DNA of 64,000 nucleotides from positions 192,001 to 256,000 of the forward strand of contig CAVUKB010000006.1 of NCBI GenBank assembly GCA_963741955.1, given 5' to 3'. Shown piece after piece: positions 9,364 to 19,419 of this stretch (its first letter is position 1; each line of letters opens with the position of its first letter). Under the pieces are notes generated by a model, which saw nothing but the letters and a program-made list of their open reading frames with translations, was not told where the DNA came from and searched no databases. A program made the translations under genes and the position numbers. This stretch comes from an uncultured Acidobacteriota bacterium (lineage in GTDB: Bacteria; Acidobacteriota; Thermoanaerobaculia; Gp7-AA8).

Positions 9364-10269
9364 CTACTCCCGTCCGATCCATTCCTCGATCAGCCGTCGA
9401 GCAATCGAGTCCATCCCCGGAAAGCGAGGCGACTCGCTGAATCGCTCCCGGAGCTCGTCGCGCGTGAACCACCGCGCCTCCTCCAGCTCCTCGAGGTCGA
9501 CGATGATCTCCGTGGTGGTCGCCCGTGCGTTGAATCCGACCATCAGCGATGCAGGAAACGGCCAGGGCTGCGAGGAGTGGTAATGAATGTCGGTGACCTC
9601 GATCCCCGACTCCTCCCGGATCTCGCGGCGGACGGCATCCTCGAGCGACTCGCCCGGTTCGACGAACCCCGCGAGAGTCGAAACCATCCCCGGAGGCCAC
9701 ATCGCTTTCCTCCCGAGGAGACAGCGATCGCCGTCGGTCACGAGAACGATCACCGCAGGATCGGTGCGCGGGAAGTGGTGGGTTCCGCATTCCGGACTGG
9801 TGCACTCACGGAGGTGGCCGGCTTCGGCGACGCGCGCCGGAGCGCCGCAGACCGAGCAGAAGTGATGATGGTCGTGCCAGTTCTTCAGCGCACGCGCGTA
9901 CGCCAGAAGGGAGAGCTCGGAAGCGGAGATCACGGCCGCGGCTTTTCGGAGCTCCAGCATTTCACCCCTGCCGGCGAGTGCCGGATCCGCGAGCGGGTCC
10001 TGAAGCGCCGAGAGGTCGACCGCAAACCACGCTGTCCCTTCGCGCTCGCCGAGGAAGTAGACGTCGCTGGTCGGCTCGCTGAGAGCCACCGCTTCGGGGA
10101 GAGGGAGCGCGACGATGGCGCTCGCATCGGGGGCGACGAGAGCGGAGGTGTTCCAGAGGACGATCGCCTGCGAAGCCGGGTCGGCGAGCTTCGAAGCAAT
10201 CCATGACGCATCCTTCCGATGATGCGCGGCGCGGTCGATCTGATTCGAGTAGACGTTCGGCGGTTTCAT
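9364..10269 (-). CDS. nudC: NADH pyrophosphatase / NAD-cap decapping Nudix hydrolase
   Basis: FCSVCG...CTSPEC zinc finger, Nudix box GFVEPGESLEDAVRREIREESG, SQPWPFPAS signature. Confidence 0.95.
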   Translation of the reverse strand: MKPPNVYSNQIDRAAHHRKDASWIASKLADPASQAIVLWNTSALVAPDASAIVALPLPEAVALSEPTSDVYFLGEREGTAWFAVDLSALQDPLADPALAGRGEMLELRKAAAVISASELSLLAYARALKNWHDHHHFCSVCGAPARVAEAGHLRECTSPECGTHHFPRTDPAVIVLVTDGDRCLLGRKAMWPPGMVSTLAGFVEPGESLEDAVRREIREESGIEVTDIHYHSSQPWPFPASLMVGFNARATTTEIIVDLEELEEARWFTRDELRERFSESPRFPGMDSIARRLIEEWIGRE

Positions 10270-10345
10270 CTCCGCCGTCAGCAACGAGCGAAGACGAATG
10301 TCGATTCCGCGAACCGACGCTTCGTCCGCCCGCTCGCTGCTCCCC

Positions 10346-11350
10346 TCACCCCTTTCGCTTCGACGTCGCCGGAATCAGGAGGGCAATCGGCGCGAGGAGA
10401 AACGACAGCGGAAAAAGGAGCGCGTATTCAGGTGGTTCGCCGCTGCGGATGGCGACGCGAAGCCGCAGCCAGAGTGCGATGAGTGTCGCCACGATCCAGG
10501 GGAAGTCTCGGGCGATCACCGCCACGACAGGGGGAGATGCGAAAAGCGCGGCCAGGATGAGCGAGAGGAAGACGGCAATCGTTCGCCCGCCGGTCAACGC
10601 CGCAAGCCGTGATTGGAACCGCGCGAGGTCGGCGCTCGACGCACTCTCGCGGACGACCGGCGATCCTTCGATCGTGCCGAGCCCCGGCTCCGAACCGCCC
10701 TCGAGCGGTTGGCCGAGGGCTCGCGGTCCATTCACCAGAGGGGCGAACTCCGCCCTCGCGACCAGAACGCCGCCGGACAACCTTGCCGGCTCGACCGTTC
10801 CTGCGCGAAGTCGCGTCGCGGTTCCTCCGGTCAACGTTCCGACGAACCGCAGGAGGGGAATCAGCAGGAGTCCCGTGGTGGAATGAAAAGTCGCCCGCGG
10901 GAGAACCGACGCGACGTCCAGGTTCTCACGCGTGGAGGTCGTGACGATCGCGGCGATCGCACGCTCATCGAGGAGAACACGATCGTCGAGGAGGACCACG
11001 TAGTCGGTGGAGAGAGATGCGAGAGCTGCGGCCGGGTCGACGATCTGAACGGAAGGGATGGCGATCCGGAGAGTGTGAAGCTCACCAGCCTCCTCCTCCC
11101 TGGCCGCGAGTGCGATCTGCATCTCCCCCGGATACTTCTGAGCGGCAAGTGAACGGAGCGCCGCTTGCATCGCCGACGGGGAGCCGGTGGCCTCGAGGAT
11201 GACGCTGACGGAGGGAAGCGTGTCGCCGGGAGATGCGAGCGCGATCGTCGATCGGATGGCCTTCGCCTGACGCACCAGGAGCAGCAGGAGAACGAAGACC
11301 ACGGACCAGCCCGCAATCGCGAGAGACGAGACGTCGCCGAGATCGATCAT
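10346..11350 (-). CDS. Membrane glycosyltransferase family 2-like protein (divergent)
   Basis: N-terminal TM, PSVSVIL...LRSLAAQKYP, DYVVLLDDRV, C-terminal TM helices. Confidence 0.65.
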   Translation of the reverse strand: MIDLGDVSSLAIAGWSVVFVLLLLLVRQAKAIRSTIALASPGDTLPSVSVILEATGSPSAMQAALRSLAAQKYPGEMQIALAAREEEAGELHTLRIAIPSVQIVDPAAALASLSTDYVVLLDDRVLLDERAIAAIVTTSTRENLDVASVLPRATFHSTTGLLLIPLLRFVGTLTGGTATRLRAGTVEPARLSGGVLVARAEFAPLVNGPRALGQPLEGGSEPGLGTIEGSPVVRESASSADLARFQSRLAALTGGRTIAVFLSLILAALFASPPVVAVIARDFPWIVATLIALWLRLRVAIRSGEPPEYALLFPLSFLLAPIALLIPATSKRKG

Positions 11351-11460
11351 CGTGACTGCAAATCCGGCCAGTCGCCGATATATTGCAGAAGAACCAAATG
11401 ATTGGACACCCGTCCACTAGTCGGATGTGGATGTTCGGGATTTCAACCGGAGGGTCAGGT

Positions 11461-12441
<981 letters not shown>

Positions 12442-12467
12442 GGAGAATCGGTTCATTCTTCTCGTGA

Positions 12468-12686
12468 GTGGGTCGCGCGGGACGCGCGATTCAGGCCGGC
12501 GTCGCGCACCGCCCGCTGGCGGAGAGCACCGGTCCATCCGGCGCGGATCGAGCAAACGCGAATGTCGCAAGCGCCGGGAGATTTCGCGTCTGGGACGCAT
12601 CGCTCGCGGCGGGACGCCACTCGCCATCGCGCGGGACGCGCGACCCACATGGGCGACCCCACACGCGCGACCCACATGGGCGACCC
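12468..12686. repeat. REP-like inverted doublet plus 24-bp direct repeat
   Basis: GTGGGTCGCGCGGGACGCGCGA (12468-12489) and near-inverted TCGCGCGGGACGCGCGACCCAC (12627-12648); ACGCGCGACCCACATGGGCGACCC at 12636 and 12663; lies between convergent genes. Confidence 0.6.
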
Positions 12687-12704
12687 GCTCACGTCGCGGG
12701 TCAC

Positions 12705-12737
12705 AAAAAAAGGGCGGCAGCCGAAGCTGCCGCCCTT
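12705..12737 (-). terminator. Intrinsic terminator of the cytochrome gene
   Basis: Minus strand GGGCGGCAGC-TTCG-GCTGCCGCCC followed by T7. Confidence 0.88.
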
Positions 12738-12761
12738 CCGTTGTCCTCTGATCCCCGAGGA

Positions 12762-15700
12762 TTACTGCTTGGCCTCGATTGTCGTCGGGTCATTGGTCTT
12801 GAGATCGATCATCGACGCGGAGGTCCGGATGTTCGTTCCCTGCATGACGGTCACCGTCGCGAAGCCCCAATCGACGTCGGGTGCATTCGCGCGGGCCTGG
12901 AACGGAGCGAGATCCTGGACCACCTGAGCCACCGGGATGGTGAGCTCGTAGGAGGTCAGAGCGTTGCCGCTGGCGTCGTACAGAGTGATCGCCACCTTGG
13001 CATCGGTCTTTCCACCATTGGTCACGCTGATGTTCGAACGATAGGCGTCGGTCTTCTGACGGAGGCCGATGAGGCTGACCGTCTGGCCGGCGTTGTATCC
13101 GAGGTTCGCCACGTGTCCGTCGAAGTTCTGTCCGAACGTTCCGGTCGCGGCCTGGTTGAAGTTGCGTCCGGCGACGAGGAGAGGCTTGTCGGAGCAGACT
13201 TCGAGAGAACCCTTGTTGTTGGTTCCGCCGAGAGTTGCGACGACGTCCTCGAACGCCTTCTGCGAGTAGCCGGTGACCGTGCCGTTGACGGTGAGGTCAC
13301 TCGCGCCCTGATGGAGGAAGAACGTGACGTTGGCGTCGGTCGACGCGAGGTTGCGCGCGACGACGTCTGTGCGCCACTGGCTGTCGTAAGCGCCTGGCGC
13401 ATGCGCGGCGATCTCGACCCAGTAGACGTACGGAGTGGTGCAGGAAATGGCGCCCTCACCGTTGCCGAGACCACCACCCATCGCCGCTTCGGCGCTGGTG
13501 GGGGACGAAGCCTCGGTGTTGACGTTCTTCACCGCGAAGGTGGCGACGTCGAGTGCCGACTTGACGAACACAGGGTTGTGAACGCCGAGGCTGGCATCGC
13601 TCTCGACCATGAAGAAGTTCCATCCCGCCTTCGCGATCGAAGGATCGACGGTCGAATAGAACGCGACCTTCGAGCCGTTCGGACGGACCACATTGACTGC
13701 GCTCATCGCCACCAGCGGAGCATTGGTACCGTCAGCGAGCGTGACCAGCATTCCCTGGGCGCCGTGACTCTCCTGGAAATCGACTGAAGCGATGTCCGCA
13801 GCGTTGACCACGACCGTGCCGCCGATGTCGATCTTGTTTCCAGCGCGGATCTGCTGCTGCATGGTGTTCTTGAGTGCGAGCTCGATCTCACCCTTCAGGT
13901 GCTCGAGCTTGGTCTCGACCACACTCTGGACGGATTCGAGCGTGATGTCGGTGTGGCACTTCACGCAGATGTCTTTGCTGGCGTAGAAAGTGTGATTCGT
14001 TCCGTTGTTCGGGAGGGAGAGAGTCGATGGCTGCGCAGCCTTCTCCATATGGCAACTGACGCAGGAGTTGGTGATCATCGAATGGTAGCTGCGCTGGCCG
14101 ACCGGGACGAAGTAGAGATTCTGTCCCATGATGATGTCGGCCTGGGGTCCGACGTGCGGAGCGCGTGCGGCATCGGAGGCGCTCGGGTTGAAGTGCGCGT
14201 CGTCGCGGAGCCCGCGGCGGCCGTTGTGGCACATCATGCAGAGCGCGCCGCTGCCGACGCCGGTCGCCTGGAAGCCTGCGTCGAGCATCGGAGTGGTTCC
14301 CGAAACGCGGACGCTGGCGTCGTTGGCGGCGAGACCGGAAGTGGTCCCGACGAAATGCGGATCATGGCAGGTGGCGCAGGTCTGGGCCTGGACCGTATCC
14401 TCGGTCCAGTCGACGGTGATCGCGCCGCTGCCGAATCCGCTGTTCGCCCACTGTACGAATCCCTGGGCGCTGTGGCATTTCGCGCAGCTGGGGTTGGTCC
14501 CCTCGGAGATCGCAGTCTCGAGGTTCGCGTGTCCGGAGAGCTGCCACTGCTGGAAGCGGCCGTGGCGAGCAGGCTCACCGTGGCAGCTGCCGCAGATGTC
14601 GGAGGAGAGATTCTGACGAGAGCCGTCGCGCGCGGTGTGCGCGGCGCTGTCCTGCGGTCCGTGGCAATTCTCGCATTGAATGTTCGCGAGCTTGGCAGAG
14701 GCCGGGTACTGGGTCAGGATCTGGTTCCAGTTGTCGGTCGCGCCATGCTCGATGAGACCCGAAGCGGCAAGCGCCTCGAAGTCCGGCGCGTCGTCCATCC
14801 CGCCGTTCTTCACGTCCTTGTTGAAGCCGACGCTGTGGCAGGAGAGGCAGCTCTGGCTGTAATGGCCGGCCACCGACACGTTCTGGCTGAAGATCTGCGC
14901 ATGGCCGGACTTCTTCCACGGCGTGAACATGTCGAAGTTCGGGGTGTTCGGCACGTGGCAGGTGGTGCAGGCCGTGTCGACGATCGGCGCGCCGCTCTCG
15001 TCCTGTCCGGTGATGATACCGCGCCAGGTCCCGGCGTAGACGACCATGGTCTTCTCGGAGTTGTCCGCGAGGTCGGTGACCTTGACTGTGTATTTACCCG
15101 CCATGTCCGGCGTGAACTCCGGATTCTGGGTGGTGGCGTCGGTGAGAACCGATTTCGATCCGGCCGGAGGAGTCAGTGTCCAGTTGTAGCTGGTTTGATT
15201 CTTTCCGTGGAGAACGACCGGCAGTAGGGTCGGAACGTTCCGGATACCGGTCGCCTCGGTCCAGGGAATCGTGGTCGCGATGGAGTTCTTGCTGTGATAC
15301 GTACCGGAGGAGGTCACGACCGTGATGTCGAAGCCGATCGCGCCCGCCTCGGCGAGTGCATGCGGCGAGACCGCGGCAACGCCGAAGCGATTCGCCAGTC
15401 CGCCTTCGTAGCCGGCCGGATACGGCACGCTCGGAGGAAGGACGTCGGCGGTTGCCGGCGGCTCCTCGAGGACCAGGGCCAGTTCTTCACGGTAGGCCTT
15501 CCGGTCGGGAAGGGTCACCGTGATCGTGTTGGTCGTCGCGCCGCTGATCTGTGCAGTGGCGCCACTGACCTGCTTCCATTGGATGCTCTGCAGTGAGGAT
15601 CCGTCGTTGATGGTGACAGTCGCTTTTGCGGATACCGTCGCTCCAGGAACCGCTGTACCGGTGACTCCGATTGCTACCGTCACTGGCGGATCGGCTGCGA

Positions 15701-15782
15701 GGGCGCCTGCCGCAATCAACGCGACCATCATCGTAAAGAGCACGAGGAGTGTTCTCCCGTTGAGGTGATGTGGGCGATTCAT
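12762..15782 (-). CDS. Secreted nine-heme c-type cytochrome with PKD-like and C-terminal beta-sandwich domains
   Basis: Signal peptide; 9 CxxCH (CTTCH, CLSCH, CENCH, CGSCH, CAKCH, CATCH, CMMCH, CVSCH, CVKCH); SLGVHNP after the heme region; GGAAGG RBS before ATG 15782. Confidence 0.92.
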   Translation of the reverse strand: MNRPHHLNGRTLLVLFTMMVALIAAGALAADPPVTVAIGVTGTAVPGATVSAKATVTINDGSSLQSIQWKQVSGATAQISGATTNTITVTLPDRKAYREELALVLEEPPATADVLPPSVPYPAGYEGGLANRFGVAAVSPHALAEAGAIGFDITVVTSSGTYHSKNSIATTIPWTEATGIRNVPTLLPVVLHGKNQTSYNWTLTPPAGSKSVLTDATTQNPEFTPDMAGKYTVKVTDLADNSEKTMVVYAGTWRGIITGQDESGAPIVDTACTTCHVPNTPNFDMFTPWKKSGHAQIFSQNVSVAGHYSQSCLSCHSVGFNKDVKNGGMDDAPDFEALAASGLIEHGATDNWNQILTQYPASAKLANIQCENCHGPQDSAAHTARDGSRQNLSSDICGSCHGEPARHGRFQQWQLSGHANLETAISEGTNPSCAKCHSAQGFVQWANSGFGSGAITVDWTEDTVQAQTCATCHDPHFVGTTSGLAANDASVRVSGTTPMLDAGFQATGVGSGALCMMCHNGRRGLRDDAHFNPSASDAARAPHVGPQADIIMGQNLYFVPVGQRSYHSMITNSCVSCHMEKAAQPSTLSLPNNGTNHTFYASKDICVKCHTDITLESVQSVVETKLEHLKGEIELALKNTMQQQIRAGNKIDIGGTVVVNAADIASVDFQESHGAQGMLVTLADGTNAPLVAMSAVNVVRPNGSKVAFYSTVDPSIAKAGWNFFMVESDASLGVHNPVFVKSALDVATFAVKNVNTEASSPTSAEAAMGGGLGNGEGAISCTTPYVYWVEIAAHAPGAYDSQWRTDVVARNLASTDANVTFFLHQGASDLTVNGTVTGYSQKAFEDVVATLGGTNNKGSLEVCSDKPLLVAGRNFNQAATGTFGQNFDGHVANLGYNAGQTVSLIGLRQKTDAYRSNISVTNGGKTDAKVAITLYDASGNALTSYELTIPVAQVVQDLAPFQARANAPDVDWGFATVTVMQGTNIRTSASMIDLKTNDPTTIEAKQ

Positions 15783-16041
15783 ATTGTTCCTTCCTTCCAC
15801 AGGGTTTTCGGCCGACAGCGATCGCGTTGACACGACGGCTGCCGAATCCCGTTACGTCGGCCCTAACTTTCTATTGTTTCTGTGGAAAGGCAAGAGGAGT
15901 CACGAAGATGGATGACGGTGGTCCGCCGGAAATTGTTCGTCGTGACTGAAGCCGAGTGACGCGGGTCACGTGCTGACGTTCGGCGAGATAGCCAATGACA
16001 TCGACTCTTTTCAGCGCATCGTGATCCCTACGGAATGCACA

Positions 16042-16152
16042 TGATGCATATGAATCAATTTGCGCATGTTCGCATCGATTCACTCATAGTCGGCGTTCTC
16101 TACACTGCACTATGAATGTCGTTCGCGTGATGCATTTGAATCAATTGTGCAT
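16042..16152. promoter_or_regulatory. Duplicated motif upstream of the cytochrome gene, candidate activator sites
   Basis: TGATGCATwTGAATCAATT at 16042 and 16128 (18/19 identical), each part of an imperfect palindrome. Confidence 0.45.
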
Positions 16153-16173
16153 CGATTTGCATCGGCACGTCCG

Positions 16174-16785
16174 TCAGCGACGTCCACTGCGAAGCACTCC
16201 GAGCGCGACCGGTGTGATACATGCGACCCACTCCGCGTACATTCTCATCGAGGGGTGCAGTCCATCTTCGGCGATCAGTCCGGAATCGAATGCGGCGCGG
16301 CGACTCTCTGCAGTGACGTCGATCCAATTGGCTCCCGCCTCACGGGTGGCGGACTCGGCGAGCTCATTCAGCTCGTCGATGCGCCGGCCGATCTCCACGC
16401 GGTTGCGGCCGTCGGCGAACCGAGTCACGCTCCAGTCGGGGATGGAGATCACGAGAACGCGATGGGGGTAGCCGCGGGCGAAGGCGACCGCCCTCGAGAT
16501 CAGTCGCCTCAGGGTTCGATCGTATTGGTCGGGAGGAGTTCCGCGGTACTGATCGTTGACACCGACCAGGAGTGACACGAGATCGAAGACGTCTTCGAGC
16601 GCCTGGTCCTCCAGGGCCGCTTCGAGCTCGACGCTCGTCCACCCCGTCCGCGCCACGAGAAGCGGTTCGGCGACCGGGAAGCCTTCCTTTCGGAGTTGCG
16701 CGGCCAGAAGGGACGGCCACCGCTCCGACGGGGTGACCGCTTCACCGATGGTGTAGGAGTCGCCGAGAGCGAGAAACTGGATCAT
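16174..16785 (-). CDS. SGNH/GDSL hydrolase
   Basis: LALGDSYT, GVNDQYRG, DGLHPS. Confidence 0.92.
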   Translation of the reverse strand: MIQFLALGDSYTIGEAVTPSERWPSLLAAQLRKEGFPVAEPLLVARTGWTSVELEAALEDQALEDVFDLVSLLVGVNDQYRGTPPDQYDRTLRRLISRAVAFARGYPHRVLVISIPDWSVTRFADGRNRVEIGRRIDELNELAESATREAGANWIDVTAESRRAAFDSGLIAEDGLHPSMRMYAEWVACITPVALGVLRSGRR

Positions 16786-16845
16786 GATCTCTGCCGTTCC
16801 TCCGGGATCGCCCTCGCCCGGCCCAAAGCCAGCGGTGTCCCGGTG

Positions 16846-16880
16846 AAAAGAAGAGGGGCAGACCTGACGGCCTGCCCCTC
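16846..16880 (-). terminator. Intrinsic terminator
   Basis: Minus strand GAGGGGCAGGCC-GTCA-GGTCTGCCCCTC-TTCTTTT. Confidence 0.75.
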
Positions 16881-17000
16881 GAGAAAAATTGCCGGCGAAC
16901 CCGCGTCATTGAAGGGATCAGGAGGACTAATCGGACGGGCTGAGGCCGGAACGCCGGCAAACTGTTGAGCGTGTCGTCGGTTCGGTTTCGAAAACTCCTT

Positions 17001-18665
17001 TCAATGCTGCAGACGGAGCGTCGGTTCGAGAATGGCCGCCGGCGCTGGCCGGCCGAAGAAAAAGCCCTGCATGTCGAGACAGCGGTGATCGCGCAGAAAG
17101 GCCATCTGCTCTTTCGTCTCGACTCCTTCTGCGACGACGCGGAGCCCGAGGCTGCGCGCCATGAGAATCATCGCATCGATGATCGCCGCGTCTTTCGGAT
17201 CGCGCGGCGCATTGCGGGTGAAGGTCGAGTCGATCTTGATGGTGTCGATCGGAATGCGCTTGAAGTCGTTGAACGAAGTGCAGCCGGTGCCGAAGTCGTC
17301 GATCGCGATCTGCACGCCGAGATCTTTCAAGCTGCGGATCGCCACCGCCGCGCGGTCGTAGTCGTGGAGCGTCGCATCGCTCAGCTCGAGCTCGAGACTG
17401 GAGGGTTCGATCCCCGTTTCATCGAGGATACGCTGCACGTTTCGCTTGAGGGCCGGGTCGCGGAGCTGCCCCACCGAGAGATTCACCGAGATACGGTTTC
17501 CGATCATCCCGGCTCGGCTCCAGCTCGCGATCTGGCGGCTCGCCTCGCGAAGGACCCAGTCCCCGATCGGGAGAGTCAGTCGCGCTTCTTCGGCGGCGAC
17601 CAGAAACGTTCCCGGCTCGACCGCTCCGTACAGAGGATGATTCCATCGGAGCAGCGCTTCGATGCACTCGATCCGGCCGTTCTGGATGTTCACCTGCGGC
17701 TGGTAATGGAGCGAGAACTCGCCCATGTCGACCGCTTTTCGAAGGTTCGAGATCAGGAAAGAACGCTCGAAAGCCCGGGCGTTCATGGAAGGCTCGTAGA
17801 GCTGATACGTATTGCGTCCCGCTTCTTTCGCGCGGTACATCGCGTTCGCGGCGTTGTCGATCAACGCTTCTGCTTCCGTGCCGTCCTCGGGAAACAGAGC
17901 GATCCCGATCGAAGCGTTTACGAAGACCTGGCGGTCTTCGATCACGAACGGCCGCGAGATCGTATCGAGAATGCGTTGAGCGATGATGGCGCTGTTCTCG
18001 GCGGAGCCGAAGTCCGTCAGGAGGAACATGAACTCGTCGCTTCCGTGGCGCGCCACGCTGTCTTCCATCCGCAGCGCCTCGGTCAGGCGGAGAGACAGGC
18101 CCTTGAGAATCCGGTCGGCGTTGTCTCCTCCGAACGTCGCGCTGAGGAGGCCGAAGTGATCGAGGTCGACGTAGAGCACGGCGACCAGACGTTTCTGCCG
18201 GCGTGCCCGCGCGAGCGCCACGTTCAGGCGGTCGATGAAGAGAGCGCGGTTCGGCAGCTCGGTGAGAGGATCGTGCTGCAGTTGAAACTCGACTCGTTCC
18301 GCCTGCTGCCTCTGGTCCGTAACCTCGAGAAGTACTCCGTCCACGACTTCCTGTCCTTCCGGTTCGACGGTCCGCAGATGAACGTTGCCGTACACCCAGG
18401 CGAGCGTTCCGTCCTTCCTTCGAAGGCAGATCTCGAGATTCGGCAGAGTGCCGAGATCCCGGAGTGCCGAGAGCATCATTGTCTGGTCCGAGGAGTTGCA
18501 GTAGGTGAAGGAACCTTCGCCCATCAACTCATCACGCGACTCGTAGCCGAGGATCTGGGCGCACGCTTCGTTGCAGTCGAGAAGACGGCCGTCGACGGTC
18601 TGACTGAAGACGCCAGCCATGCTCCGTTCGTACACGGACCGGTAATCAATCTCAAAGGCGGACAT
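17001..18665 (-). CDS. PAS-GGDEF-EAL c-di-GMP signalling protein
   Basis: PAS; HDPLTELPNR; GGDEF site reads GSDEF; IEALLRW, DDFGTG, VAEGVET and QG EAL motifs. Confidence 0.93.
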   Translation of the reverse strand: MSAFEIDYRSVYERSMAGVFSQTVDGRLLDCNEACAQILGYESRDELMGEGSFTYCNSSDQTMMLSALRDLGTLPNLEICLRRKDGTLAWVYGNVHLRTVEPEGQEVVDGVLLEVTDQRQQAERVEFQLQHDPLTELPNRALFIDRLNVALARARRQKRLVAVLYVDLDHFGLLSATFGGDNADRILKGLSLRLTEALRMEDSVARHGSDEFMFLLTDFGSAENSAIIAQRILDTISRPFVIEDRQVFVNASIGIALFPEDGTEAEALIDNAANAMYRAKEAGRNTYQLYEPSMNARAFERSFLISNLRKAVDMGEFSLHYQPQVNIQNGRIECIEALLRWNHPLYGAVEPGTFLVAAEEARLTLPIGDWVLREASRQIASWSRAGMIGNRISVNLSVGQLRDPALKRNVQRILDETGIEPSSLELELSDATLHDYDRAAVAIRSLKDLGVQIAIDDFGTGCTSFNDFKRIPIDTIKIDSTFTRNAPRDPKDAAIIDAMILMARSLGLRVVAEGVETKEQMAFLRDHRCLDMQGFFFGRPAPAAILEPTLRLQH

Positions 18666-18783
18666 GAGTGATCCCAAGGATCCAAGCTACGACGACGGCC
18701 GGGAGAACGGTAGCTGTCTTGAGTTAGGGTGGGCACCCTATCGAAGGTTAAGGGTAAAAAATGTAAACTTTCGCCGTAACCGG

Positions 18784-19419
18784 TTACAGGATCCCCTTCT
18801 CCTGCGCATAGAGGGTGAGCTCGACCCGTCCATGAACCTGAAGCTTTTCGTAGATGGTGTGGAGGTACGACTTCACGGTTCCTTCGCTGATCGAGAGCTT
18901 CATGGCGATCTCTTTGTTCCGGAGCCCTTCGGCGACCATCCTCACCACGTCCGTCTCGCGCGGAGAGAGGAGGCGTTCGACTTCCTTCATCGCCTGGTGC
19001 TTCCGCGACATCCGGTCGACGGCACGGGTGACCAGACTCGGGTCGAGGGCACGTTCACCACGGGCGACGCGCTGCACCGCGTGAACCAGCTGGACCGACG
19101 CGGATTCCTTCAGGACCAGCCCCCAGACGCCTGCCTGCATCGCTTCCAGAACGCCGTCGTCGTCGAGAATCGCCGTGAGGAGAACCACTCGGGTGCGCAG
19201 TTTTTCTTCATGAATCTCCCGGAGGACCGCGAGTCCATCCTTGCGCGGCATCTGAATATCGAGGACCAGTACGTCCGGCTGATAGCGGCGGACGGCTTCG
19301 AGTGCCTGATCTCCGTCGGTGCAGGTTGCGACGACTTCGAACTGCGAATCTCGACGGAACAGCTGTTCCAGTCCGTCGAGAATGATCCGATGGTCATCGG
19401 CGAGTGCAATGCGAATCAT
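18784..19419 (-). CDS. NarL/LuxR-family response regulator
   Basis: ADDH...VLDIQMP receiver; LSPRETDVVRMVAEGLRNKEIA HTH. Confidence 0.95.
   Translation of the reverse strand: MIRIALADDHRIILDGLEQLFRRDSQFEVVATCTDGDQALEAVRRYQPDVLVLDIQMPRKDGLAVLREIHEEKLRTRVVLLTAILDDDGVLEAMQAGVWGLVLKESASVQLVHAVQRVARGERALDPSLVTRAVDRMSRKHQAMKEVERLLSPRETDVVRMVAEGLRNKEIAMKLSISEGTVKSYLHTIYEKLQVHGRVELTLYAQEKGIL

Noticed and set aside
12762-15782. Ammonia-forming nitrite reductase NrfA
   Set aside because: No CxxCK active-site heme or nrfH partner seen; nine hemes plus extra domains.
16889-16960. tRNA or c-di-GMP riboswitch
   Set aside because: It is tRNA-sized but has no proper T-arm or cloverleaf, and lacks the c-di-GMP-I consensus; kept only as an unknown stem-loop.
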